In this document: piece by piece, positions 11,083-23,585 of the stretch | Numbering within the stretch: the first letter of the stretch is position 1 | How the letters are laid out: each line of letters begins with the position of its first letter | Assembly: GCA_951406725.2 (NCBI GenBank) | Contig: OX597821.1 | Coordinates: 40,362,001 to 40,426,000 of the forward strand | Origin: Octopus vulgaris | Lineage: Eukaryota | Length of the DNA stretch: 64,000 nucleotides | Reading direction: 5' to 3' | Notes under the pieces: model-generated | The model's input: the letters and a program-made list of their open reading frames with translations, nothing else | Databases searched by the model: none | Told to the model about the DNA's origin: nothing | Made by a program: the position numbers and the translations under genes

Positions 11083-12793
11083 ATACCTGTAAATATGTAG
11101 CCCATAAAAAGGAGGATGTTAATAAAGAGATTATAGAATTTTGCTCATCAGCCTGAATATAAAATTATCCACAATATGCAGGATGCTGTACAAACACAAA
11201 CAATCTGTAATCCATTGATCTATTGTTGTAAGTAAACAATATAACAACAAAGTAGATATCGAGTCTTTTAAGTAAAATATTTCAATTGCTGCATTTTCAA
11301 ACAGAAAACGTCTAGCACAACTATGTACTGTCAGCAATTATAACCAATTCCATAGAATTCAAAGTTGTAAAGCCTGAAATAGGATTTACAAAAAAAAGCC
11401 TTGTAATGGAAATTTGAACACATGATTTTACAACAGTTATATGTGAATAAAGTTATGGTTAAATAATAACATATCTTGCCATGGAAATGATTGCTAAACT
11501 ATGTAGGAAGGGTGGGGTGGGAAAAGGAAATGATTTGCGTTTCTTTAAAAAGAATTTCAAGTTGAGAAATATAAAGAAATTGTAATGAAGTTTCACTTTG
11601 TTAAAAGTAATATTAAAACCTTGAAGAAGTCTTTTATTCTTACTTGCTTTGTCACTTTGTTGGGAGGAAGTGCAGTGGCCATCATATTTTACAGTGCCTC
11701 TGATGGGATTGGAGGCAAGAAGACTGACCTCGATCTTGGCAAAACATGAGTGCTGCTTGAGACATTCATAGGGCAGGTGGGGTTATGACACTGGGCTACA
11801 ATTTAGGTCTATCACTCAATAATTTAAGTCCTCCATCAAATATGATCCGCTGCCCAAGATCTAAGCCCAATATCCCAAGATTAGTCCACTAGCCATCTTC
11901 TATGGTTTTAGCTAATCATATTAACACCAGTGATCAATTCAGTATGATATTTATTTAATCAATCTCAATTTACTAAGCAGCTAAGTTCCTTTCTGACATA
12001 AAGGAATACATCTGAACATGCTGTTATACACAGCTATAGACATACATACAACCATGCATCCATTCATGTATGCATGTTTACACACACACACAACAGGAGT
12101 TCACACAGATTCTGTTTTTAAAGTTATTTTTTATCTAGGAATGAAGGCAGTGCTCAATACCGGTTACAGAGCCTCCAAGATTAGTGGAAGACTGTCCTCG
12201 AAGCAGAGACTTGTTCTGAATGCTTCCAACAGAAAAGACTCAGCAAAAGGCACTGAGGGAACCAAGTACAGGTGTTAAACTGAGATTAAGATTAATTCTA
12301 CCACCCAAGAAGGGCATCCAGCCATAGAAACCATGCCAAATCAGATAATAGAGTTTGGTGCAGTCCTCTGACTTTCCAACTCTCGTCAAATAGTCCAAAC
12401 CATACCAGCAGCAAAGGAGGATGTTAAATGATGGTGATGATGATGATTACTGTCATACAAAAAAAGTTGTGACCAAATGCATTTATCATCAATTCTGTAA
12501 GAGATCTCCATCTCTTATTTCTTTAATGTCAAGAAGAAACAAATTGTTTTTCTAAAGCACCATTCAGGTTTCAGAGAGTTTAATGCAGAAAATTCAATAT
12601 TAAGGAATTAATTAGTGTTCTAGCTCTAACGAACCAATATGTTTTACCTTATTAGACATTAATGGAATTAAAAGTGATATAACTATAGAGAGGATGTGAT
12701 TTTACTGGATTTAGGATGTGTTATTACTTCTTCACAAAAACAAAATCTAGTGCTATGGAAAACAAGATTTCTTTAATCATCATCATCCTCATG

Positions 12794-12966
12794 TAGGCGT
12801 AGAAGTGGCTGTGTGGTAAGTAGCTTGCTTACCAACCACATGGTTTTGGGTTCAGTCCCACTGCATGGCACCTTGGGCAAGTGTCTTCTACTCTAGCCTC
12901 AGGCTGACCAAAGTATTGTGAGTAGATTTGGTAGATGGAAACTGAAAGAAGCCGGTCGTATATATG

Positions 12967-13011
<45 letters not shown>

Positions 13012-13241
13012 GTGTATGTGTTTGTGTGCCTGTGTTTGTCCCCCCAACATCGCTTGACAACTGATGCTGGTGTGTTTATGTCCCCGTAACTTAGTGGTTT
13101 GGCAAAAGAGACTGATAGAATAAGTAGTAGGCTTACAAAGAATAAGTCCTGGGGTCAATCTGCTCAACTAAAAGGCGGTGCTCCAGCATGGCCACAGTCA
13201 AATGATGGAAACAAGTAAAAGAGTAAAAGAGAGTAAAGAGT
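12794..13241 (+). mobile_element. Full-length CORE-type SINE (family A)
   Basis: Same head, CORE and tail as 47590-48000. Confidence 0.9.
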
Positions 13242-13269
13242 ATCATCATCATCATCATCATCATCATCA

Positions 13270-14135
13270 TTGCCGTCGTCATCATTATCCTTTAGCATCC
13301 ATTTTCCATACCAGCATGGGTTGGACATTTTGACCACAGCTAGCAAGCAGAAGAACTGCACCCAGTTCCAGTCTGATTTGGCTTGGTTTCCATGGCTGGA
13401 TGCTATTTCTAATGCCAACCCCATTACAGAGTGTGCTGGGTGTTTCTTACATGGCACCAGCACAGGATTCCTGCAGGTCAATCCTCTTCAGCAGCAGAAG
13501 CAGTGAAGATGCAATGGCCGAATGGTTAGGGCAGTGGACTAGCAGTCAGAGGATCGCGGTTTCGATTCCCAGAGTGGGTGTTATGAGTGTTTATAGAGCG
13601 AAAACACCTAAAGCTCCACGAGGCTCTGGCAGGGGGGGTGGCGACCCCTGTTGTGCTCTTTCACCCCAACTTTCTCTCACTCTTTCTTCCTGTTTCTTGT
13701 CCTCGACTTCCTACGCAACTGCTGAGCCTGGATGCACATTCATTCATCCGTCAATGCTCTCGGTGTCGAGGGTTGACCTGCTTTCTCTTCTGCAGGTCTT
13801 ACAAATAGCAAAGGACCACATTTCGGACTTCTCCCACTACAGAGGCGCGATCTTGCGAGCTCTGGGACAAAGACCACTTCGCTCAACAGCAACAGCAGCA
13901 GAAGCAGCATTAACACTTCTGCGGTGTAGGATGGGTCTTCTTGAGTAAAAGCAAGGCACCAGATATCTGGGTCTTTTGTTGTTTCCTCTGTAAGGTTCAG
14001 TGTCCTGAGATTGTCCTTCAGTACTTTATCCCATGTCTTTCTGGGTCTCCTATCTTCCACAAGTTCCATCCACTTTGAGAGATCAGTGCTTCTTTATGGA
14101 GCTCTTGGCATCCATCCACATCACATGACCGAGCC
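13270..14135 (-). mobile_element. 5'-truncated RTE-type LINE (ORF C-terminus plus 3' UTR), interrupted by a SINE
   Basis: VEDRRPRKTWDKVLKDNLRTLNLTEETTKDPDIW, followed by the GGCATTAG..GCATCCAGC 3' UTR and a (GAT)n tail. Confidence 0.75.
13504..13892 (+). mobile_element. tRNA-derived SINE (family C) with 15-bp TSD
   Basis: Head TGGCCGAATGGTTAGGGC...GGTTTCGATTCCC. TSD CAGCAGCAGAAGCAG at 13489-13503 and 13893-13907. Head and body are shared with 46670-46980. Confidence 0.85.
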
Positions 14136-14422
14136 AGTACATTAAGAGAAACTGAAGAGGAATATTTCTTGAACTTTCACCGGCATTCTTGTGCTTTAAA
14201 ACAACATTTTTTGCAGAGAACAGTTATCATTTAGAGAAACTGAAGAGATGCCTAGTTCATGCTAGATATGAAATCAATGGTTTTTTTCTAAACTGTTATG
14301 TTACACATTCAGAAATAAACTTAAATCAGGAGAAGAGCATACTTTACAGGGTATGTTCTTCTTCTGATTTATGATATTATAATGAAGATATATATATATA
14401 AAACATCAAAATATATATACTA

Positions 14423-14985
14423 TCATCCTCATCGTTTAACATCCGCTTTCCATGCTAGCATGAATTGGACGATTTTGACTGAGAGCTGGTGAACCAAATA
14501 GCTGCACCAGGCTCCAATCTTGATCTGGCAGAGTTTCTACAGCTGGATGCCTTTCCTAACGCCAACCACTCCGAGAGTGTAGTGGGTGCTTTTACATGCC
14601 ACCGGCACGGGGGCCAGTCAGGCAGTACTGGCAACAACCTCGCACGAATCTTTTTATACATGCCACCAGCACAGGTGCCAGTAAGGCGACATTGGTAACG
14701 ATCATGCTCGAATGGTGCCTTTTACGTGCCACCGGCATGGAAGCCAGTTACCCACTCTGGCAACGATTATGCTCAGATGGTGCTCTTAGCACCCTACTAG
14801 CATGGGGCACAAGTGCCCATAAGGCAACGCTGGTAATGATCACACTCGAATGGTGCCTTTTATGTGCCACTGGCACGGAAGCTGGTTAGCTGCTCTGTCA
14901 ACGATCCCATTCGTATAGCGCTCTTTGCACCCTGCTAGCACGGATGCCAGTCATCAAATTTGATTTTGATTTCGATTTCACTTGG
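14423..14985 (-). mobile_element. RTE-type LINE 3' region with subrepeats
   Basis: Reverse-complement match to 9532-9988. Confidence 0.8.
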
Positions 14986-15118
14986 CTCATATATATATAT
15001 ATATACATATAGAAATTCGGGGTGAGTACTTGATAATTATAAGCACCTGTGTATACTGTTTGGTGGTGTAGGTGGTGGAGTAAATTGATCAAAATAAAAA
15101 CATGATGCCAAGGATTCA

Positions 15119-15196
15119 GCGGTACATATGTTTCGGGCCTTTATTAGACAGATTTATAACAATGCATAATGTATGTCTGTGGCCTTCTTCAGCCGC
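15119..15196 (-). ncRNA. Type I hammerhead ribozyme (left arm)
   Basis: Reverse complement of 16285-16362. Confidence 0.75.
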
Positions 15197-16284
15197 GCAC
15201 AACAGCTTCCACAAGGACATGTGTTACATCAAAAATTCTTGGTTGGGAATGCAAATCCTCTCATTCGCGTACGACATAATGCGGCAACAGCATAGAATTG
15301 AAGCGTCCATCTCTTTCTTCTCTCAATGTAGAATGAGGAAATTTGGATGTTGAAGTAATGTAAATAAATAAATACATATATAGACGTGAAGGTGGAGGGG
15401 CGAGAATTCAGGACGAAGGATAAAAAATATATAAAAAGTGTAAGTATAGAAAAATATAAAAATGTAGAGTATAAAGATATAAAGAGATATAAGGAGATAT
15501 AAAGGGGATATAAAGAATATAAAGAAATATAAATGAATGTAAATGCTTAAGGTTATAAAGTAAAAATAGGAATAGAAATAAAAGTAAAAAGTAAAAAAAT
15601 AAAAATAGGAATAAAAATGATAAAAATGCAAAAAAATATAAAGATAAGGGATGTATAGAGGTTACGGACCAGACATGGTGGTCAGGAAATTGATAAAATT
15701 TAGTTGTAGAAGCTTTGGGTGTCAATAAATCAACATGGTCGTCTGGGGACCTAGCGTATTGTAAATCAGATCTGCTGAGTGGTTAATCTAGATCTTTGAA
15801 TTAATTGGTCATCTTGTACATACATACCATCATGGATACATACACCCATATACACGCGCACATATACGCGCGCATACACGGCTCCAAGCATATGAGCATA
15901 CATACGCACTCGCGTGTGAGCATGTACATAAACACATATACACCCACACACACGCGCGCATATATACATACATACAACAGAATATGCGCATATATACACG
16001 GACACTATACGTGTACACACCCATATATACATACGTGCGTCCATCGTTACATACACATACACAGATGCCCACGCGTCCAGGTTTAGATATAAGATATTAA
16101 AGGATGTATATAAGAACGTATGTAAAGAATCACGCACTCACGTCTACATCTACATTGAGAGAAGAAAGAGATGGACGCTTCAATTCTATGCTGTTGCCGC
16201 ATTATGTCGTACGCAAATGAGAGGATTTGCATCCCCAACCAAGAATTTTTGATGTAACACATGTCCTTGTGGAAGCTGTTGTGC

Positions 16285-16362
16285 GCGGCTGAAGAAGGCC
16301 ACAGACATACATTATGCATTGTTATAAATCTGTCTAATAAAGGCCCGAAACATATGTACCGC
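16285..16362 (+). ncRNA. Type I hammerhead ribozyme (right arm)
   Basis: GCGG-CUGAAGA-AGGCC...GGCCC-GAAAC-AUAU-GUA-CCGC. Stem I is GCGG/CCGC and stem III is palindromic. Confidence 0.75.
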
Positions 16363-16639
16363 TGAATCCTTGGCATCATGTTTTTATTTTGATATATATA
16401 TACATACATATTTGTATTATCTTTTTATGCCCAAGCTGGGCACCACATTCAAGAATTTTAATCAAACAAATTGAACCTAGTTCATATTTTTTATTTTAAA
16501 TCTGGTACTTATTCTATTGGTCTCTTTTGATGAGCTGTTAAGTAACAGGGATATAAACACACCAACACCACTTGTCATGCAGTTGTGAGGGACAAACGCA
16601 TGCACAAAGATACACACACACATATTTATATATATTATT

Positions 16640-16824
16640 TTATGATAGATCGCTAACCACTAAACTTTTTCTATATTCTCTCCCAGTTTATTTCTGTGCT
16701 CCTTTCTGCTGAAGAGCGTAGACTCGAAACGTAAAATATTTTCTCACTTCCCGAGCATTAAACTAATACATCTGTTTGTTATTTACACACCTGTCTTCAT
16801 CTTTCGTTCTTTTGTAAATTCTCG
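16640..16824 (+). mobile_element. Solo pLTR-like element with a minimal HHR-like motif (16709-16733)
   Basis: CUGAAGA-GCGUAGACUC-GAAAC-GUA, with stem III reduced to the palindrome ACGU. Stems I and II are weak. TA-flanked. Confidence 0.55.
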
Positions 16825-16844
16825 TATATATATATATATATATG

Positions 16845-17292
16845 TCGTTATATTTCGGAATGGTCATATTGCCAGTTTAGCCAATAAAAACACACGCACT
16901 ATATATTTGGTGTTATTTTGCTTCAGTGATATTTATTTTTTACATTAATCTTAATCTTATTTCGGCCAAAGTTCTTTCGTCACACTCCTGTGACCGCATC
17001 AGTGGTCCTTTGTTTTCTTCTCACTTACTTGTGTCTCTCCTTACTAACCGTCAGCCATTTTGTATTTCTATAATATAAATATAATAGAAATACAAAATGG
17101 CTGAATAAGAAAAAGAAAATAAGATTAAGATTAATGTAAAAAATAAATATCACTGAAGCAAAATAACACCAAATATATAGTGCGTGTGTTTTTATTGGCT
17201 AAACTGGCAATATGACCATTCCGAAATATAACGATATCTGTTTCAACACACGACTTCACATAAAAAATCTTGCACAACAAATATTTAAACGT
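16845..17292. mobile_element. Foldback element with 118-bp inverted arms, an inner hairpin, a variant HHR and a right-side tail
   Basis: Arms at 16845-16962 and 17117-17234. Inner hairpin at 17051-17104. Minus strand at about 16964-17009 reads GGACCA-CUGAUGC-GGUCAC..GUGAC-GAAAG-AA-CUU-UGGCC. Confidence 0.7.
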
Positions 17293-17303
17293 ATATATAT
17301 ATG

Positions 17304-17812
17304 TATTATTATTAAAGCTGTATTAACATCACAAAAATATCACAAAAAACTGCTACTCTGAGTTTCACATTCCCATTCGTTGGACAGTTATGATTCAGAA
17401 TGAAGCAAGAATTAATGTCATACATATATTATGATGCAATTCACATTGACACATTTGAGCTTGATTGGTTGTTTCAACTGACATTGATTTTAGGTTTTCT
17501 TCAATTTTATACAACATGATATTTATGCCTTCTAATTATTTTATTTTATTTCATTATTCATATAAAAACTGTTAGTTGAAACAACCAATCAAGCTCATAT
17601 GTGTCAATGTGAATTGCATCATAATATATTGTGACTTTAATTATTGCTTCATTCTGAGTCACAACTGCCCAATGAACGGGAACGTGATACTCTGAGTAGC
17701 AGTTTTTTGTGATGGTTTTGCAGCTTTAATAATAAAGCATATTACTCTACCTGCGGTATTTGAGTACTATTTTTTCCCACCTTATTTCTCATTTATGTGC
17801 TTTCTCTGGTAT
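17304..17812. mobile_element. Diverged inverted-pLTR element with two degenerate HHRs and a right-side tail
   Basis: Arms at about 17304-17482 and 17571-17735. Right arm: AACUGC-CCAAUGA-ACGGGAACGU-GAUAC-UCUGA-GUA-GCAGUU. The left arm retains GAAAC-UCAGA-GUA. Confidence 0.7.
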
Positions 17813-18231
17813 ATACATATATATGTATGCATGCATGTATGTATATGATGGGCTTCTTTCAATTTCCATCTACCAAATGCACTTACAAGGCTTGCTCAAG
17901 GTGCTGTGCAGTGGGACTGAACCTAAGACGAAATAGTTGGGATGTAAGCTTCTTACTTTGTCAGCTACGTTGATATATGTATTAAATGAAAAGTCGACCC
18001 CAAAAGGATGAAAGGCAAAGTCGACCTCAGTGGAATATGAACTCAGGACGTAGCGGCAGACGGTGAAATATCCATGCATTTCGCCCAACGTGCTCAGAGA
18101 AGACTGCCAGCTTTTAATCCATCGTTTTGAATTCTCTATCAGATAAATGCTTGCACTATGTAAAACATATCTTTAATATACTTTACAACTCTTTCATTAT
18201 GATGCTATATATATGTGTATACACACATACA

Positions 18232-18324
<93 letters not shown>

Positions 18325-18328
<4 letters not shown>

Positions 18329-18545
18329 CTTTACTACCCACAAGGGGCTAAACGCAGAGGGGACAAACAAGGACAGAAAAAGGGATTAAGTCGATTACAT
18401 CGACCCCAGTGCATAACTGGTACTTAATTTATCGACCCCAAAAGGATGAAAGGCAAAGTCGACCTCAGTGGAATATGAACTCAGGACGTAGCGGCAGATG
18501 AAATATGGCCATGCATTTCGCCCAACGTGCTAAAATTTCTGCCTT
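18325..18545 (-). mobile_element. tRNA-derived SINE (family B) with a Meta-like central domain
   Basis: Minus strand GAGGTCGACTTTGCCTTTCATCCTTTTGGGGTCGATAAATTAAGTACCAG resembles the MetaSINE central domain. The 3' end is AGTAAAGAAAT. A partial duplicate lies at about 17992-18094. Confidence 0.8.
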
Positions 18546-18567
18546 ATTAAGTAGTTGTCCTTATTGC

Positions 18568-18599
<32 letters not shown>

Positions 18600-20944
18600 G
18601 ACACATGTATGTGTTGAAGAAATATATTATATGTGTGTGAACACACCACCTATCTGCAACCATACATAAAGAATATGATGGATTTCAAAAGTTACTAAAA
18701 AAAAAAATTATAAAAAAAAAAAAACACCCATATATTATTTGAATTATATTAATTTGTACTCAACAATCAGAAAATCATTATTTATATTTACTCGCTATAT
18801 TTCATCATCATAATCTAAAAGATGGTGTGAAAAAGGTCTTTCTTTTTCTTATTGACTCTGTTAGATTGTAAAATATTATTCAAAGTGTTTCGTTTTGCTC
18901 TTCTCAGCTATATAATAATATTTGCAGCAATCATCAACTCATTTTATTTATCAAACTTACCTAGTTCCTTTCCTTCTTTCTTACATTTTTTTCTTTTCTT
19001 TTTTTTTCTGTTGTCTTTGTTGTTGTTGTTGCTTATCTAGTTAATGTTGCGTTATAATTCTATATGAGTTACATTTTATTTATTTATTATTATTTTTTTT
19101 GGTTGATGTTTACTTTTTTGTAGGTAAACATTTTTTTTTCTTTGAGCATTTTATTTGAGGTATTGATTCTGTTGCAACCATTATGTCAAATAATCATAGA
19201 TTTATCTTATATTGGAATATTTGTCAACTCACTTTACTAGACAATTACTGTGTTTAAGCTCCGGGAGTGGGGGGACCCTCCTATCAACCACTCTTCTTGA
19301 AGAACAAGAAAAAGTAACAACCTACAAATAGCTTATTCGTATGTATTATTATTTTTATCAACCTTATTATCATTATTATTGTTGTAGTTGTTTTTATTTT
19401 TTTTGCTGATGTTTTTATTTTCTTTACCATTCTAGGTCTAATAACAGAATTGCTCACGGAAATAGCTTCAGAGTTATCAAGTTAATTCAGACCAATACTG
19501 AATATTTCCAGAGAAATCATTTCATCTCCAAGAAATATTGTTATATGGCAATTTATCATCAAATAAATTGGAAATAACATTCAAATTTCTTTTCTGCTGG
19601 GCACTTAATTTGTGTGTGTGTGACAGTCGATAATATCACTTGCCTACTAATTCACTATTAAAAACTGTAGCTGCTTGGTGCTTGCTACTAAAACTTTTGT
19701 AAGATCTTGTTACAAAGTAGTTTACATGGTAAATTTATTCTGGTGAATATGGTGAAAATATATTCTTTTATGTTTAATGTTTTCAGCCACCGGACTATGG
19801 TCATGTAGGGGCACCATGTTGTTTAAGGGTTGAAGTCAATGATATCGACCCTAGCACTTATTCAGAAAACTGACATCAAAAAAGCTCAAATATTACCTGA
19901 TACTTTGATTTCCCTCCTGTCTGATGCAAAACTCCAGGTTTGCCACCATTGATGTTAACATAATAAACACAGGTGGTTTGGGACATTGTAATGGTCCTAG
20001 GATGGGGGACATGTAGATGTGTACTGTCTGTTATAGTTATAGCATTGTAGTTACAGCATTTTAGAGGGTAGCTTCATCCATAGGTTGGATGGGAGCCTCA
20101 TGAATAAAGAACATGGGACTAATTCTATTCTTCTGGGTGGGTAACTAGTAAAGAGGTGAGTGGAATAGGTATATCTACACAATTCAGGCTCACATGCATA
20201 AATTCATTGCAACACAGTTCCTTTTCCTCAACGGACCCTTCTCTATTTAACATTATCCCAAAAAAAATTAATGAAGACAAAGATCTTCAAATGAAACCTG
20301 GACAGATTTCTTCAAGGGATACCAGATAAGTCAACTATACCTGGATACATCTCAGTCAACAACAACTCCCTACATGAAAGGGTCATGATACCACAAACCT
20401 TGACTTAAAAATGTCTTAGCAGATCCTATCAGGTGGTGCTATTAAGTTAGACATGGTCTGAGCCAATCTGTGGCCAAAATACATCTAAGTTACAGCCAGA
20501 GTATGTCACAGAATCATTAAACATAGACTGGTCATAACACAACAACAGTTAACTAATTGTTAGCACAACATGCAAGACACACTGATAAGCAAAAGGGCAA
20601 AACCTATGAGGTTTTCTAACAGTCTCAATAACTGCTGCTACTGCTGATGATGATCTCATTCACAGTTGATTACTTTGATGCTGTGTTTTTCATAGAGAGG
20701 GCAGGAACCCTGGGGTGCTGATTGTTTGGACATATTGAAAGCAGAGCAAACATACTGCCATGCTTAATAAAACAAAGATGCTTTTAAAGCTTTAAACACC
20801 ATAGCAAAGAAAGAAGAATTATATTGATACAAATTAAAATCCTGTTTTTGTGTTCTCGTTAAAAAAAGGAGGAGGGGCAACAAACTTGCCTAATACTTGA
20901 AGTTGAGCTGTAATTTGGTAGTTTCAGAATTACTGCTTTATTGG

Positions 20945-21110
20945 TCATATTGGCAAACGCCATAATGGTTATCCCACTGCACAGAGGGTCTGTGGTTATG
21001 ATACTCAGAATAATGAGAGAATAATTCTCTTGGAGGTCATTGATACAAATATCTTAAATGCTTGAAGCAATAATATCAAGAAATGGTCAGCTATTTCGGT
21101 AAAGAAGCAT
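20945..21110 (+). pseudogene. Degenerate AP-endonuclease fragment of an RTE-type LINE
   Basis: GHIGKRHNGYPTAQRVCGYDTQNNERIILLEVIDTN resembles the APE segment GHVG...G..G.HG..G.G.RN.EG..LLEF. Confidence 0.4.
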
Positions 21111-22270
21111 ACCACATAAACACCATTTTAACAATGGAAAGTGACTGGTGTCAACACCATGTCTATACCTGGTGAAGAATGTGCCACTTATAATATAGGG
21201 GGCATTAATGACATCAGAGTAAGACTTAGATGGACTTAGTCTGCACAACTAACCCTCAATTTTAGATTGTGCAGTCAAATCTAAAGGGCGAAATCTAAAA
21301 CTGGGTGAATATATCTTAAACTAATTTATGAAATCAGTGACTGTGTGTCACTTTGAAAAGTATATATTTTGCACAAGAATCTAGCATCACCATCTCTAGC
21401 CAAGCAGTTATTCTGTACTTATGAAGAGAAATAACCCAGAAACCATTGATACACAGATATTGCACTGAGCTGAGAGGGGACACAGAGCTTCCTTGTTCAA
21501 AAATATAAGGACGCAGATAATGTGTCAATAACCAGCTAGAAGACGATGTTTCCTGGGGCTAAATAACAGTAACATTCATTCTAATCAGGACTGGCACATT
21601 ATGTTGGCAAATAATCTTTACTTTTAAACTAATTTTTGAGTTAGAATTTAAAAATTTTCCAGGTTCTCAATTTCCAGGCTTGCCTCATAATATACTTAGG
21701 CACCATATTGGTAGCATATTTCCTCGTTCTTGAGAAATTTGCTGTCATGAAATTTTAATGTTCAAAACTTAAGAGAACTAGTAATGGAAGTTCGTTTTAC
21801 AAAGGAAAAGTTCTGGAATTCAAAGTTGAAATTTGTTTTAAGATTCACATGTTGTTGATGCAAAATTCTTGTAAGTATTCATAATGCAAAATTGTAAAGC
21901 TCTTCCAAGACTCAAAGTTCTTTCAAGACACTGCAGTGATTTACCATTTCTTTTTGGAACAGTAAATTCATTTATTTTTAAAATTCTCTCACTGCAGACC
22001 AAAGACAATTACTAAGATGCAGCTGAATACAAGAAATATTCTTGCATAATACTTGCAGACACAAATAGAAGATGCCATCTCATTGTGATCTTGGTATACC
22101 AGTGATAAACAAAAATCTTTACCAAAATCTCTACCAGTAAAGCAGTAATGAACAATACATGTACAAAAAGAAGATAAAATGCTAAAAATAACAACTGATC
22201 ACGTTCCAGCATTGAAATCAATTGTGTTTATGACTCATTCTTAATGGTATCCCCATATCTGTTGTCTCTT

Positions 22271-22606
22271 TTACATTATTTACATTTGATGGATATTTGT
22301 CCTCATCTTGTTTGTTGTTAACACAATGTTTTGGCTGATATACCCTCCAGCATTCATCAGGTGTCTTGGGGAAATTTCAAACCTGGGTTCTCATTTCTAA
22401 GGTATTTTTCAATGTTATTTTTCTAAGGTAATTTTTAAATCAAAAAATACCTTAGAGATGAGAATCCAGGTTCGAAATTTCCCCAAGACAGCTGATGAAG
22501 GCTGGAGGGTATATCAGCCGAAACTTTGTGTTAACAACAAACAAATATCCATCAAATGTAAATAATGTAAATAATGTACATAATTTCTCATCTCTTAAAT
22601 ATAGAA
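22271..22606. mobile_element. Palindromic HHR element of the 30094-31030 family, lacking the tRNA heads
   Basis: Arms at about 22271-22409 and 22443-22570. HHRs at 22320-22365 (-) and 22487-22532 (+). A roughly 35-bp tail on the right only. Imperfect TSD CTGTTGTnnnTTTT at 22259 and 22607. Confidence 0.8.
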
Positions 22607-23155
22607 CTGTTGTTCATTTTTGTTTTTATCTAAAAGAACTCTCAATTATGTGATGAAGCCCATGTCTTGCCTTGTAAACAAACAAGGCCAAGACTCTTTG
22701 CTGTTGAGGAAATTATCTGTAATATTTATTCTTTGGACAAAGAGCTTAAACTTACACAGGCAATGGGAGTAATTCAGGCAATCAAACAGGTGAAAGTGAT
22801 GAGGAAAGTAATGATCTGGGTGACCAAATACAGTAACTGAGGGAAAAGCCTATTACTGTTATTCTCCTGAATTATCTTTATTCTGTTTTTGTGTGTGTGT
22901 GTGTATGTCTCTGTTCATTAATTTACCTGCAATGAAAAGTATGGTTGTTGAGAGATAAGCCTATTTTTGTAATTCTCCTGGATTATTTTTTTGGTGATTC
23001 CATCCCTTAGTCTACCAGCAAGCATTACTCTTGAGCTGTATATGCAAATGTAACTATTATTTGTTTGCTGAGGAGCCCAGGTGTAGGTTAATGTTAGAGA
23101 TAGGGGCTAGCACCTGAAAGGGTTAAGGCAATTCCTTAGTAAAGGATACCATCTT

Positions 23156-23510
23156 GTGGCTGAAACATGGATGTTATCAAAGAAGCTTGAGAGGCGGTTG
23201 GATGGAACCTACACTTGCCTCCTTATGAGAGCTCAAAATCTCTCGTGGAAGCACCATCCAACCAAAATGCAAATATATGGGAAACTACCACCAGTATCAT
23301 CTCTTGTGAAAGGTAGGGGAGTCCAGTTTGCTGGACATTGTTGTAGAGCTGAAAAAGAGGTAATTTCTACTCTTCTCCTCTGGAAGCCATCTACTTGCAA
23401 TACCAGAGGGTGCACACTCTCCTACCCTGATGTAATCTCCAGGGATACAGACATCCAGCAACAGGACCTCCGTAATGCCATGAAGGACCATGAAGTCTGG
23501 CATACAATGA
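23156..23510 (+). pseudogene. Non-LTR retrotransposon (RTE/RTEX-like) ORF C-terminal fragment
   Basis: AETWMLSKKLERRLDGTYTCLLMRAQNLSWKHHPTKMQIYGKLPPVSSLVKGRGVQFAGHCCR..LLLWKP matches the typical post-RT region. Confidence 0.85.
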
Positions 23511-23585
23511 TGACATTGATTGTGGCTGAAGTATTCTTTGCAATGGCTTCTCACCATTGTTGATTAAATTGTGTTTGCAAGGAAT

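Larger units (their letters stand above)
15010..16393. mobile_element. Penelope-like non-autonomous element with 245-bp inverted pLTRs, each carrying an HHR
   Basis: Arms at 15088-15332 and 16149-16393; I noticed only 2 mismatches, and the ORF track shows the same peptide on both strands. There is a roughly 78-bp extension on the left only. Both flanks are (TA)n. Confidence 0.8.

Noticed and set aside
13400-13948. 182-aa ORF
   Set aside because: It spans a LINE UTR and a TSD-bounded SINE, so it is a chance open frame.
15102-15353. Identical peptide encoded on both strands (also 16083-16409)
   Set aside because: This follows from the inverted repeat. The frame is antisense to the ribozyme.
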